NCBI GenBank assembly: GCA_044440125.1
Contig: JBITAJ010000022.1
Span: forward strand, 352,001-416,000
DNA from: Sedimentisphaeraceae bacterium JB056
GTDB taxonomy: Bacteria; Planctomycetota; Phycisphaerae; Sedimentisphaerales; Sedimentisphaeraceae
Length of the DNA stretch: 64,000 nt
Direction: 5' to 3'
Shown here piece after piece: positions 29,289 through 38,036 of the stretch; the first letter of the stretch is position 1, and each line of letters starts with the position of its first letter. The notes beneath the pieces were generated by a model. That model searched no databases. It saw only the letters and a list, made by a program, of their open reading frames with translations, and was not told where the DNA came from. The translations under genes were made by a program, and so were the position numbers.

Positions 29289-30011
29289 ATGTTCCTAAGC
29301 GTAATAATACCTGTTTTGAATGAAGGCAGAAAGCTCACAAGGCAGATGCGAAGGCTGTGTCCCTATCTGAGCAGCACATTCATTGACTCGGAGATTATTA
29401 TTGTAGATGACGGCAGTACTGATGATGCAGCTGAAAATGCGAAAAGCTTTCAGGATGCTTGCGACAATGTAAAAATACGAATCCTCAAAAACACCTCAAA
29501 CATGGGCAAAGGATACGCCTTGCGAAAAGGAATAACCGCATCAAAAGGCGAATATGTCTGTTTTCTTGATTGCGGCGACTGCGTTAAAAATGAATATATC
29601 CGCATCGGACTTGAATATACAATAAAACATGGTGCCGATATCGCGCACGCCTCAAGACACCTGGCAAAGAGTAAAATAGTAACGGGTCAAAGCTTAAGAC
29701 GAAGACTCGCAAGTTCGGTATTTCGCCGGTATATGAGAAAAAAACTCAACCTTCCGGCATTTTTAACGGACACTCAATGCGGCTTCAAAATATATAAAGG
29801 TGATGTCGGCAGAAAACTCTACTCTCAAAGCAAATGTAACGGGTTTCTTATAGACATTGAAATAATAATATTCGCCTTGAATCAAGGGTATAAGATCAGA
29901 GAATTCCCTATTAAGTGGAAATGCGATAGAGACAGCAGACTAAATCTGTTAAAAACCTTGCTGCTTGTCAAAAAAGAAATGAAAAAGCTCTCAGCTCTCA
30001 GAGTTCCTTAA
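29289..30011 (+). CDS. GT2 glycosyltransferase, polyprenyl-phosphate glycosyl synthase-like
   Basis: LSVIIPVLNE, VDDGSTD, NMGKGYA, DTQCGFK and FLIDIE motifs. Confidence 0.85.
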   Translation: MFLSVIIPVLNEGRKLTRQMRRLCPYLSSTFIDSEIIIVDDGSTDDAAENAKSFQDACDNVKIRILKNTSNMGKGYALRKGITASKGEYVCFLDCGDCVKNEYIRIGLEYTIKHGADIAHASRHLAKSKIVTGQSLRRRLASSVFRRYMRKKLNLPAFLTDTQCGFKIYKGDVGRKLYSQSKCNGFLIDIEIIIFALNQGYKIREFPIKWKCDRDSRLNLLKTLLLVKKEMKKLSALRVP

Positions 30012-30887
30012 GCCGACTTTTGACCAGTCACCATAGATCAAGGTCTGATTCTTATCCTTATCGCATAAAATAACCATAATATCATCCTCAGAATTACATA
30101 TCCTTTTAACATCTTCATTGGGCATGATCATAAACGCAGTAGAGAGGGCATCAGCAACAACAGCATCGTAAGAACACACCCATACGGCCCTTTTACCCTC
30201 AAGCGGCATCGAAGTAAAGGGGTTGATTATGTGCCCACCTTTACGAAGCCCCGAACTGCTTAACGAGAAACCGTCAAGATAAGCGTAGTAAGCATTCACA
30301 CTTCCCGCTATATCTGTTATTCTTACCGGCCATCCCCTAAGCTCATCAACCTTACCAAAGGCCGTTACAGAGCTGTAACCGCCGTGTATCAGAAAATTTT
30401 CGATATCCCATTCACGAAGCTGCCCTGCCATTACCTCAACTGCATACCCTTTGCCAATGCCTCCAAGATCAATCGCGACATTATCAGACAAGACCTCGAC
30501 TGTAAAATCATCCTCATTCAAGATCAATTTATCAAAAAGGCAATCGTGAGAACAATCTTTTCTTATGGGTTTAAGGTCCTTATCAACAGATATGTCAAAG
30601 TAACCATCACTAAGCTCATATATCTTCCTGCTGACCTTCAAGCATTCAAATGTATGAAGGCTCACAACGACTTTTTGACCGGCACTCAAGTTGTTTATCT
30701 GCGATATATCACTATTCTCAACATAGCGGCTGAGATCATTCTCAAGAGCAGCAAGTGTCCTGGATGCCTCGTAAGCAGCGGATTTAGCATACTGATGATC
30801 TTCATGGTTTATATAAAATTCAAAGACAGAAGCCATTGCCTCGCATTCAAATTTCACAACATCATTTTGTAGGTTTTCATTACTCAT
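29991..30887 (-). CDS. apbE: FAD:protein FMN transferase (ApbE family)
   Basis: SDISQIN, GYFDIS, IDLGGIGKGYA, HIINP and ADALSTA motifs. No visible lipoprotein signal. Confidence 0.88.
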   Translation of the reverse strand: MSNENLQNDVVKFECEAMASVFEFYINHEDHQYAKSAAYEASRTLAALENDLSRYVENSDISQINNLSAGQKVVVSLHTFECLKVSRKIYELSDGYFDISVDKDLKPIRKDCSHDCLFDKLILNEDDFTVEVLSDNVAIDLGGIGKGYAVEVMAGQLREWDIENFLIHGGYSSVTAFGKVDELRGWPVRITDIAGSVNAYYAYLDGFSLSSSGLRKGGHIINPFTSMPLEGKRAVWVCSYDAVVADALSTAFMIMPNEDVKRICNSEDDIMVILCDKDKNQTLIYGDWSKVGLRNSES

Positions 30888-32430
30888 TAAAATCCTTTGC
30901 GTAAACATCAAATCTCACATCGGGACGAATCTCAAGCTGATTATCTGACAAATATATCCATAAACTTCTCTCTCCCGGCTTCTCCCTGTCATAAATCATT
31001 TCCGCTAAAGAAGAGTTCATCTTCTCTGACACCACAACAACATCAAAAGGGTCTTTAATCTGCTCAACATCATCGTAATATCCTACATTACTAAATTTTC
31101 TTAAATACCAAGGCAGAGGCCAATAATCGTTACCTGATGCAGCAACCGCTATACTGATATCCTCATATCCAGAGACTTCACGATACTCATCTATAATCAG
31201 ACTAAACATTTTTACATCTTCAGTCGGATGCGAATAAGCATAAGGATTAGAAGAATCACAGTAAAAAACAAAATTCACGAAATAGCATTCAATTAACTGC
31301 ACACATATAATGATACAGATTATTGCTGAAGCTGCTATATTTTTCATTTTCAGGCAACAGCAGGTAGAAATACGGCCCCAATAAATTGCGGCGACAATAG
31401 TAAAACCATAGTAAAATGTGAGCATGCACCATGGAGTTTTGTAAGGTATCACGCTGTATATCAACAGCAGACTTACTGAGTAAGCGGCAATAAATCTACA
31501 CTGAAAACAGTATTCGGCTCTTTTACTAAACAGAATTTCATAACATCCGAGTGCCGCCGTCAAAAGGATAAGTGCCTCTGAAAAAACAAAGCCATTGCTT
31601 GCTTTTGAATAAAGCAGGAGTTTGAGATAATAGTACCAAGGATGATTATGAACGCTTTCTCCTGCACCCTTAGCGGCATAAGAACCCCAGTTGCTAACAG
31701 GATACGATATACCGCTCATGTTGCTGAAAAAAGAGCTGTAAAACAAGACATATACACCTGCTGCAATAAAAATAAACAAGTAGGCATGTCTTGTCTTTAC
31801 GATATTCTTAAAAAAAATACGATCAAGTTTGGTTCCGCCAGAATTGGCATTAGCTAAAGTAAACGCTGGAACTATTGCTGCTATAGAGATAATAAACGTC
31901 TCTTTTGTAACGATCATTAAGCCCAAAAACAAACCCGCTAAGATAATATCAGCAGGTTTTCTTCTGCGCAGATAATTACAAAAGCATAAAACAAACCCGT
32001 AGCTAAAAAGTACGAGAAATATTTCCTGAATGTAATAACGGCTGTAATAGACCAAAGCAGGAGAGACCGCTATCAAAAAACAGCATATCAATGAGGTTCT
32101 TCGATCCTTAGTATCCCATAAAAACAGCGGCATTAACATCAGTAATATACCGCCAAAGGCCGGTACAATTCGCAAATCGAATTCGCTAAGATGCTCAAAA
32201 ACCTTGATTCCCGCTAATTTAACAGGAATCAAGGTAAGGTAGTTAAGTATTGGACCATGATAATCCGATGGATCATACCTGTAATAGTTATCTTCTAACA
32301 GATAACCAAATTTAACCGCATGGACCGCTTCATCTGTATGCATTGGACGGACATCCAAAAGCCAAAGCCTTGACGCCGCCCCAATGATCAATACGGTAAG
32401 AATCGAAATAATATAGAGTTTCTGCCTCAT
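30880..32430 (-). CDS. TIGR03663-like polytopic membrane protein (GT-C / PMT-like glycosyltransferase fold)
   Basis: RPMHTDEAVHA, YRYDPSDYHGP, YYSRYYIQE, TKE, PYKTPW and YWPLPWYLR motifs. Confidence 0.75.
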   Translation of the reverse strand: MRQKLYIISILTVLIIGAASRLWLLDVRPMHTDEAVHAVKFGYLLEDNYYRYDPSDYHGPILNYLTLIPVKLAGIKVFEHLSEFDLRIVPAFGGILLMLMPLFLWDTKDRRTSLICCFLIAVSPALVYYSRYYIQEIFLVLFSYGFVLCFCNYLRRRKPADIILAGLFLGLMIVTKETFIISIAAIVPAFTLANANSGGTKLDRIFFKNIVKTRHAYLFIFIAAGVYVLFYSSFFSNMSGISYPVSNWGSYAAKGAGESVHNHPWYYYLKLLLYSKASNGFVFSEALILLTAALGCYEILFSKRAEYCFQCRFIAAYSVSLLLIYSVIPYKTPWCMLTFYYGFTIVAAIYWGRISTCCCLKMKNIAASAIICIIICVQLIECYFVNFVFYCDSSNPYAYSHPTEDVKMFSLIIDEYREVSGYEDISIAVAASGNDYWPLPWYLRKFSNVGYYDDVEQIKDPFDVVVVSEKMNSSLAEMIYDREKPGERSLWIYLSDNQLEIRPDVRFDVYAKDFNE

Positions 32431-33167
32431 TCTACAGGTTTGCCATAAACCTCAACCTCTATGTAGTGATTAAGCTCACTGCTTGTATTGCCGTTACTGT
32501 ACAAACGTACATATCTGGCCTTATGACCTTTAGCATTGATCAGGCGGCCTTCGTAAGTTTCAATATAACTGAGATCATTACCAACACCCAATCCGGCTGA
32601 ATTATCATGATCGTTATTGTATACAGTTATCGGATCAACAATAAAATCAGGGTCATTGCTTAACTGAACTATCACGTCATTGTATACTCTCGCCTGTTTA
32701 TGGAAATGCCACAATGCTATAGCATAGATCTCACACTCCTGCTCAAGATCAATTGTTACATATTGAATAAATGGCCCTAATTCAACGTAGCTGCCATCAG
32801 CCGCTTCTTTGTCGCCATCTGTAACCATTTCAATATCGCCAATTATAGGCTCATCATCAGATGATGTGACGGGTTTATCTATTGCTAGATTTACGGTACC
32901 TTCTGGTACAAGCATCGCCTCTCTCTTGGTGCCTGGCTTTTCAAGATTAGGTACATTTATGTTTTGAGGCGTGCCGACAAACATTGGCTTAGGCAGTTCA
33001 ATTTCCAATTCTACAGCCTCTGGTTGAGACTTAGCCGGCACTTGTTCGACCGTTTTATTTTCTTCGACAGGTTTTGATTGTCCGGCACCATCATTCTTCT
33101 TACAAGAATTAAGTAATACTAAACAGGCAATTAAAGTCAGGATAGATATCAGTTTAATTTTTCTCAT
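32427..33167 (-). CDS. Lipoprotein with discoidin / F5-8 type C (galactose-binding-like) domain
   Basis: Lipobox LLNSC. NLAIDKPVTSS, TDGD, VTIDL, ARYVRL and EVEVYG. Confidence 0.75.
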   Translation of the reverse strand: MRKIKLISILTLIACLVLLNSCKKNDGAGQSKPVEENKTVEQVPAKSQPEAVELEIELPKPMFVGTPQNINVPNLEKPGTKREAMLVPEGTVNLAIDKPVTSSDDEPIIGDIEMVTDGDKEAADGSYVELGPFIQYVTIDLEQECEIYAIALWHFHKQARVYNDVIVQLSNDPDFIVDPITVYNNDHDNSAGLGVGNDLSYIETYEGRLINAKGHKARYVRLYSNGNTSSELNHYIEVEVYGKPVE

Positions 33168-33240
33168 TGATCAATTCCTCATACTAATCATTATATATAC
33201 AAAAAATTCTTATTTCAAAACATGACTAATTCAGATCAAA

Positions 33241-33876
33241 TCATTTGGCAGACTTACAAGTACTCGATATTAATGCTGTGTATAAAAACACAATACCAAT
33301 AACTGTAAATATTGCAGCAGTGATTTTGTGCATTTCCATAAACATATGCTGAGCCTCAGTACCGAATACCTTGAACATACTCAGAAGTATAGACAGAAGC
33401 AACGGCACAAACAAAATACAAAGAACCCAAAAACTGAGCTTCATAATAGATTGTAACAAATTATCAACTTGCTTGTCTTGCTGAACAGATGTCAAAGGCA
33501 TATGAAAATTAAGTCTCATCCGTTCGCTGGTAAATATGAGATACAGAATAAACAACACAGAAAATGCACCTGAAACAGGTACGTGTATCATCATTATATA
33601 ACCGGAAATGCTTTCTCCTTTGACAAGCGGATTATAGAAGCCGCTTATAAAAAGAATAACAAAACATGCCAGGATAGCCAAAGAAATAAGCACCCCTATA
33701 AGCTTCCAGAAATTTTTCAAGAGCTTTTCAAAATTTATCGGCCATATCCAGCTTACATCAGGCTTACTGAAAGTGTATTTCTTAAAGAATCGCAAATACA
33801 CATAGTGCATCACAGAAGAGCATATAACAACCAGTAAAACTATTTTAAAAATCAAATTAAACATTTCGCATCTCAT
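33241..33876 (-). CDS. Membrane protein, possibly cytochrome b-like
   Basis: About five TM helices, with His at helix starts (MMIHVP, MEMHKI). Directly downstream of the multiheme cytochrome gene. Confidence 0.5.
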   Translation of the reverse strand: MRCEMFNLIFKIVLLVVICSSVMHYVYLRFFKKYTFSKPDVSWIWPINFEKLLKNFWKLIGVLISLAILACFVILFISGFYNPLVKGESISGYIMMIHVPVSGAFSVLFILYLIFTSERMRLNFHMPLTSVQQDKQVDNLLQSIMKLSFWVLCILFVPLLLSILLSMFKVFGTEAQHMFMEMHKITAAIFTVIGIVFLYTALISSTCKSAK

Positions 33877-33890
33877 TCAATATTAAAGAA

Positions 33891-35738
33891 TCAGGCTCTA
33901 TCTGATTTATTTCCAAAAATTTTAGTAAGGAAATTCAGCCCCTTTAATCCGTAAAGAATTATAATCATAAACACCAGCAAAGCTGAGATTGTCAATACAG
34001 CCTTTAGATACGGACGAAATACAAAGGAACTTGCAAATAATTTATTGTAAAGAGGATCAATGTTTTCAAATTCATGCATAAACTTGAATCTCCCGGTATC
34101 GGAAGCAACCATGCTTTGGACCTCTACCTTTCCAAAAATGAAGGCTGACTCAGGATTATGGCACTCTTTACAGTTCTTTGCGCCAAGCGAATTTTCAACA
34201 GCCCTTACATCGTGAGCAACAGCCCATTTATAAGGTTTTGCCGCTTCATGCTCAACACTTGACAAATTCTCTCCCTCAAGGCTGTACAGCAAGCCCCCGG
34301 AGACATAGCCGCATTTCTCTGCATTAAGAGAGCTCTGGAGATTTTTAATAACTTCTGCGATCATCTCTTCACTGAGTCCCTTATCTGATTCATAGCCCTT
34401 TAATGCAGGCTTAACTATCTTCTGCAAATCATCAATAGAAACAGGTTTAATATCTTCCCCGTTCACTATTGCCCAGTAAGAAGGCCACAAGATATTATGA
34501 GGAGCAATCTTACCATCTTCCGCTTCAGCATAAACTGGTGAGATAATTGTTGGCCCTGAACGATCTTTATCGGAGTGAACAATTCCAAGCTGATGAGCCT
34601 TGGATGTCTTTATTCTGGTAGTTTCCTCTTCAGGTTTTATACCGCTATGGCACGCCGTACAAGAAAGCTTTTCAAAATGCACTACCGGCAGCCCCTTATG
34701 CTGTGCTTCCGGAGAGCCGAGTCTTCCGCTTTCATGACATTGCTTGCAAGTCATTTCTCCAGCCAGAATATTCCCGGAAGCCTCATTTTCATAGCCCCTT
34801 ACCATATTGTGATCAACCCCATTTCTGTGGCAATCTACGCAATTCAATCCCGACGCCATATGGACATCTTCATCATTAGCCCATTCATGAACATCTTCAG
34901 CATCTTCAATATCTGAATGGCAGAAGTAGCATCTCTCATCCTGGACCTCACCAAGTATCTCGAAAAGTATCCTGTCCTTGCTGTCAAAAACGCCATCGCG
35001 ATACTCTACAGTAGGAGGCTTTAGACCATCATCAAGCATATCAGGCATATAAGGATCGTAAGTATCGGGCATCTTGGCAGCACTGCCGCTTACACTCGCA
35101 AGCTCGCTTGCACCTGCTGCAGCCCAACGATTATTTTCCCTTGCTACCTGAATAGCATATTCTTTCTGATCCTGACCAGGATGAGCATTATGACAGGCCA
35201 GACAGTTAGCTTCAAGATTACCTGAAACAAACTGACGCATTATCTCTTCCGGCTTGTCACTTTCAACCTCGCCAGCACCTCCACCGGGAGTTTGAATACC
35301 AAATCTCTTGGTGAACTGCCAGGTAGTCATTCCTATATCTTCCGGATCAAAAACGCCGGGCCAATCTCTGTAAGAGAGAGGAATCTGCGTATAGAGAGAC
35401 TTGTCGAAATATATCCATGGCTCTCCGGATCTGCCGGAATAGGCCCCTTCATCAGTGGAATTAAAGTGCATACCATGCGATATTTTTTCATATTCATGAC
35501 ATTGGCCGCAGGTCTGACTTGTAGAGAAAGGCATGAGGGGATCATCATCCGGCAGGATCTTCACACCTTCTTCATCATATATTTCGATTAAGTGAACAGG
35601 CATTGCCCGGCTGCCATCACTTTCCTTAATGATGAGCTTCTCATCATCAGCACTGCTCAGAAAAGCGTAACCCAATATACAAACCAGCACAAGTAACATG
35701 CGTGATGTGTTTTTATCTTTCACCTTTGCAGTCTCCAT
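33891..35738 (-). CDS. Membrane-anchored multiheme cytochrome c (7 CxxCH)
   Basis: CGQCH, CLACH, CYFCH, CVDCH, CKQCH, CTACH and CKECH. Signal peptide and a C-terminal TM helix. Confidence 0.92.
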   Translation of the reverse strand: METAKVKDKNTSRMLLVLVCILGYAFLSSADDEKLIIKESDGSRAMPVHLIEIYDEEGVKILPDDDPLMPFSTSQTCGQCHEYEKISHGMHFNSTDEGAYSGRSGEPWIYFDKSLYTQIPLSYRDWPGVFDPEDIGMTTWQFTKRFGIQTPGGGAGEVESDKPEEIMRQFVSGNLEANCLACHNAHPGQDQKEYAIQVARENNRWAAAGASELASVSGSAAKMPDTYDPYMPDMLDDGLKPPTVEYRDGVFDSKDRILFEILGEVQDERCYFCHSDIEDAEDVHEWANDEDVHMASGLNCVDCHRNGVDHNMVRGYENEASGNILAGEMTCKQCHESGRLGSPEAQHKGLPVVHFEKLSCTACHSGIKPEEETTRIKTSKAHQLGIVHSDKDRSGPTIISPVYAEAEDGKIAPHNILWPSYWAIVNGEDIKPVSIDDLQKIVKPALKGYESDKGLSEEMIAEVIKNLQSSLNAEKCGYVSGGLLYSLEGENLSSVEHEAAKPYKWAVAHDVRAVENSLGAKNCKECHNPESAFIFGKVEVQSMVASDTGRFKFMHEFENIDPLYNKLFASSFVFRPYLKAVLTISALLVFMIIILYGLKGLNFLTKIFGNKSDRA

Positions 35739-35814
35739 TCAACAGCCATGCAGTTAAAATACCTCTTATTTGATTATATCACAATATAAGGATAAATCAA
35801 ACATTAGGTCTGTT

Positions 35815-37164
35815 TCATACAACAAAATCTTCTTCTGAGAAAGTAAGTTTTTCACCTTTTTCAATGGCTTCGTTAACTTTCAAGACAGTTACAGCACTCT
35901 CAAAACCAATTTCAGGAGGACAATTGAGAGTAGTTTTACCACGAACAGCATCAAAGAAATTCTCAAGATGCGGCTGGTGATACTTCTTATCCATAGTAGC
36001 ATTAATACCGTAAGCAGGCGGAGCTTCTGTTTCTCTGACATCCAGCAGCGAGCCGCTGTCTTCAGTTTTTTCCGGCTTTTTCTCTGCGACAGGCTCTGTT
36101 ATTATACCCGCCTTGACCCATTTCTCCCAATCAGGAGATGATGGCTCTCTGTATATGCCACCTCTTGAAGACGACTCTGAAATAAACAATGTTCCCTGGT
36201 CGCCCATAAATGTCTCATAATATCCACCATTACTATTTGTGGTAAGAGTTTGATAGTACGCCCTTACCATACCCTTTGGCGTTGGATATTCATATATCGC
36301 AAGTACATTATCATACCACTGGTGTGTCTTGGGATCATAATAATCAGTCCCGCCGCTTGCCATTACAGAGCTTGGTTTAGTATCAAGGAACCAGTTATAA
36401 ATATCAATCTGGTGAGAGCCGAGGTCAACTATAGGCCCGCCGCCTAACCCCTTGTACCAACGCCAGTTCCTGAATTGCTGCATATCCTCAAAACCAAACT
36501 TATTAAGCAGCTCAGTGTCAATAGATGCTTTTTCCGGCCACCCAAGCAAAGGTTTGGCAGACCTGTTCCACTGCCCATTTATATTTGTAATGCGGCCAAC
36601 TAAATCAGCTTCATTGATTATCTTATCGTAACAATGCTGATACCTTGGATTGCTTCGTCTCTGGTGGCCTATCTGAAGGAGTTTACCCGTCTCTCTGGCC
36701 GCAAGGACCATTTGTTTGGCCCCTTCGATAGTATTGCTCATCTCTTTCTCGCAATACACATTGAGTCCTGCGTTGAGACAATCAACGGTTTGCTGTGCAT
36801 GCCAGAAATCAGGCGTCGCAATTATTACAGCATCAAGGTCCGTTTCTGTCGCAAGCATCTCTTTGTAATCAACATAAGAATTGACCGTATGCTTGTATGC
36901 CTTGAGCATCCTTGATACTTTTCTCAGGTTGTAGGCTTCCCATATATCACATACAGCCTTAAATCTTATACCGGGTATTTTCAAACATGTATTTACCAAT
37001 ACCTGTCCCTGCTCACCGGCACCTATTATAGCTACGTTAAGATCGTCGCTTGAAGATCCTGCTGCCCTGCCTGTCATGGCGGTAGCCATGCTTATACCGG
37101 CGCCGGCAATAGCTGTTGTTTTCAGAAAAGTTCTTCTGTCCATCTTAATTTTTTCAGTATTCAT
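35815..37164 (-). CDS. Tat-exported Gfo/Idh/MocA oxidoreductase
   Basis: MDRRTFLK twin-arginine signal. IGAGEQG, TPDFWH, CEKE and DLGSH motifs. Confidence 0.9.
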   Translation of the reverse strand: MNTEKIKMDRRTFLKTTAIAGAGISMATAMTGRAAGSSSDDLNVAIIGAGEQGQVLVNTCLKIPGIRFKAVCDIWEAYNLRKVSRMLKAYKHTVNSYVDYKEMLATETDLDAVIIATPDFWHAQQTVDCLNAGLNVYCEKEMSNTIEGAKQMVLAARETGKLLQIGHQRRSNPRYQHCYDKIINEADLVGRITNINGQWNRSAKPLLGWPEKASIDTELLNKFGFEDMQQFRNWRWYKGLGGGPIVDLGSHQIDIYNWFLDTKPSSVMASGGTDYYDPKTHQWYDNVLAIYEYPTPKGMVRAYYQTLTTNSNGGYYETFMGDQGTLFISESSSRGGIYREPSSPDWEKWVKAGIITEPVAEKKPEKTEDSGSLLDVRETEAPPAYGINATMDKKYHQPHLENFFDAVRGKTTLNCPPEIGFESAVTVLKVNEAIEKGEKLTFSEEDFVV

Positions 37165-37198
37165 ATCAGTAATAACCTCTCGATTAAGTTTGTATAAA

Positions 37199-38020
37199 TT
37201 AGTTTTCGGGTAGCTCTATAATCCATATATTGCGGAACTTCACTGAATTCAGATGATCCTGCAGAACCAAAGGAAGCTTGTCAGCATGAGCATTATACTT
37301 GTTTTTGAGTACTCTCTCAGGTCCTTCACCTTCGGCAATAAGCATGCCTTTAAGCTCAAAATGATCCTGAACTAAGACTCCGTTATGAAAAACCGTCATA
37401 TAACCAGGCTTTGTAAGCTCACCATCTTGATCGAATCGCGGACGTCTGAAAACAATATCATAGCTTTGCCATTGTCCCGGTTCTCTCGAAACATTGAAAA
37501 TCGGCGGATTTTGAGCATAAATAGCGGAAGCTTGTCCATCAGGATAAGTTGTATTATTGTAAGAATCAAGGATTTGCACCTCGTACATACCCATCAAATA
37601 AACACCGCTGTTACCCCGCATCTGTCCCTGCCCTTCAACCTTGTCAGGAGATGCCCATTCAACATGAAGCTGACAATCACCAAAGCTCTGATTGGTCCTT
37701 ATGCTGTTGAGAATTCTCTTTCCTTCAGAATCTCTCAAATCGGCAACTTCCATATAACCATCTTCAACTTTCCACAAAAACGGTTGAGGATCGCCATTGG
37801 TCATATGCCATTGCGAAGTATCTTCTCCGTCAAATAGTATGATCGCATTCGATGGTGCATCCCCGCAATTCTCGCCAGGTGTTATAACCGGCGGCTGCGG
37901 TCTGTCAGGATCATTGATCTTCCATGTATCAGCAACAGCGATATTCTCTGTATTATTGCAGCCGCTAAAAATCAAAACGCAGCTTATTAACGATAATGTA
38001 ACTAATATTCTGTATTTCAT
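37199..38020 (-). CDS. DUF1080 (3-keto-disaccharide hydrolase-like) lipoprotein
   Basis: Lipobox FSGC. LFDG, FGDCQLHVEW, GNSGVY, YEVQILD, LQDH and FRNIWI. Confidence 0.88.
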   Translation of the reverse strand: MKYRILVTLSLISCVLIFSGCNNTENIAVADTWKINDPDRPQPPVITPGENCGDAPSNAIILFDGEDTSQWHMTNGDPQPFLWKVEDGYMEVADLRDSEGKRILNSIRTNQSFGDCQLHVEWASPDKVEGQGQMRGNSGVYLMGMYEVQILDSYNNTTYPDGQASAIYAQNPPIFNVSREPGQWQSYDIVFRRPRFDQDGELTKPGYMTVFHNGVLVQDHFELKGMLIAEGEGPERVLKNKYNAHADKLPLVLQDHLNSVKFRNIWIIELPEN

Positions 38021-38036
38021 AATAACCTCAATTCAT

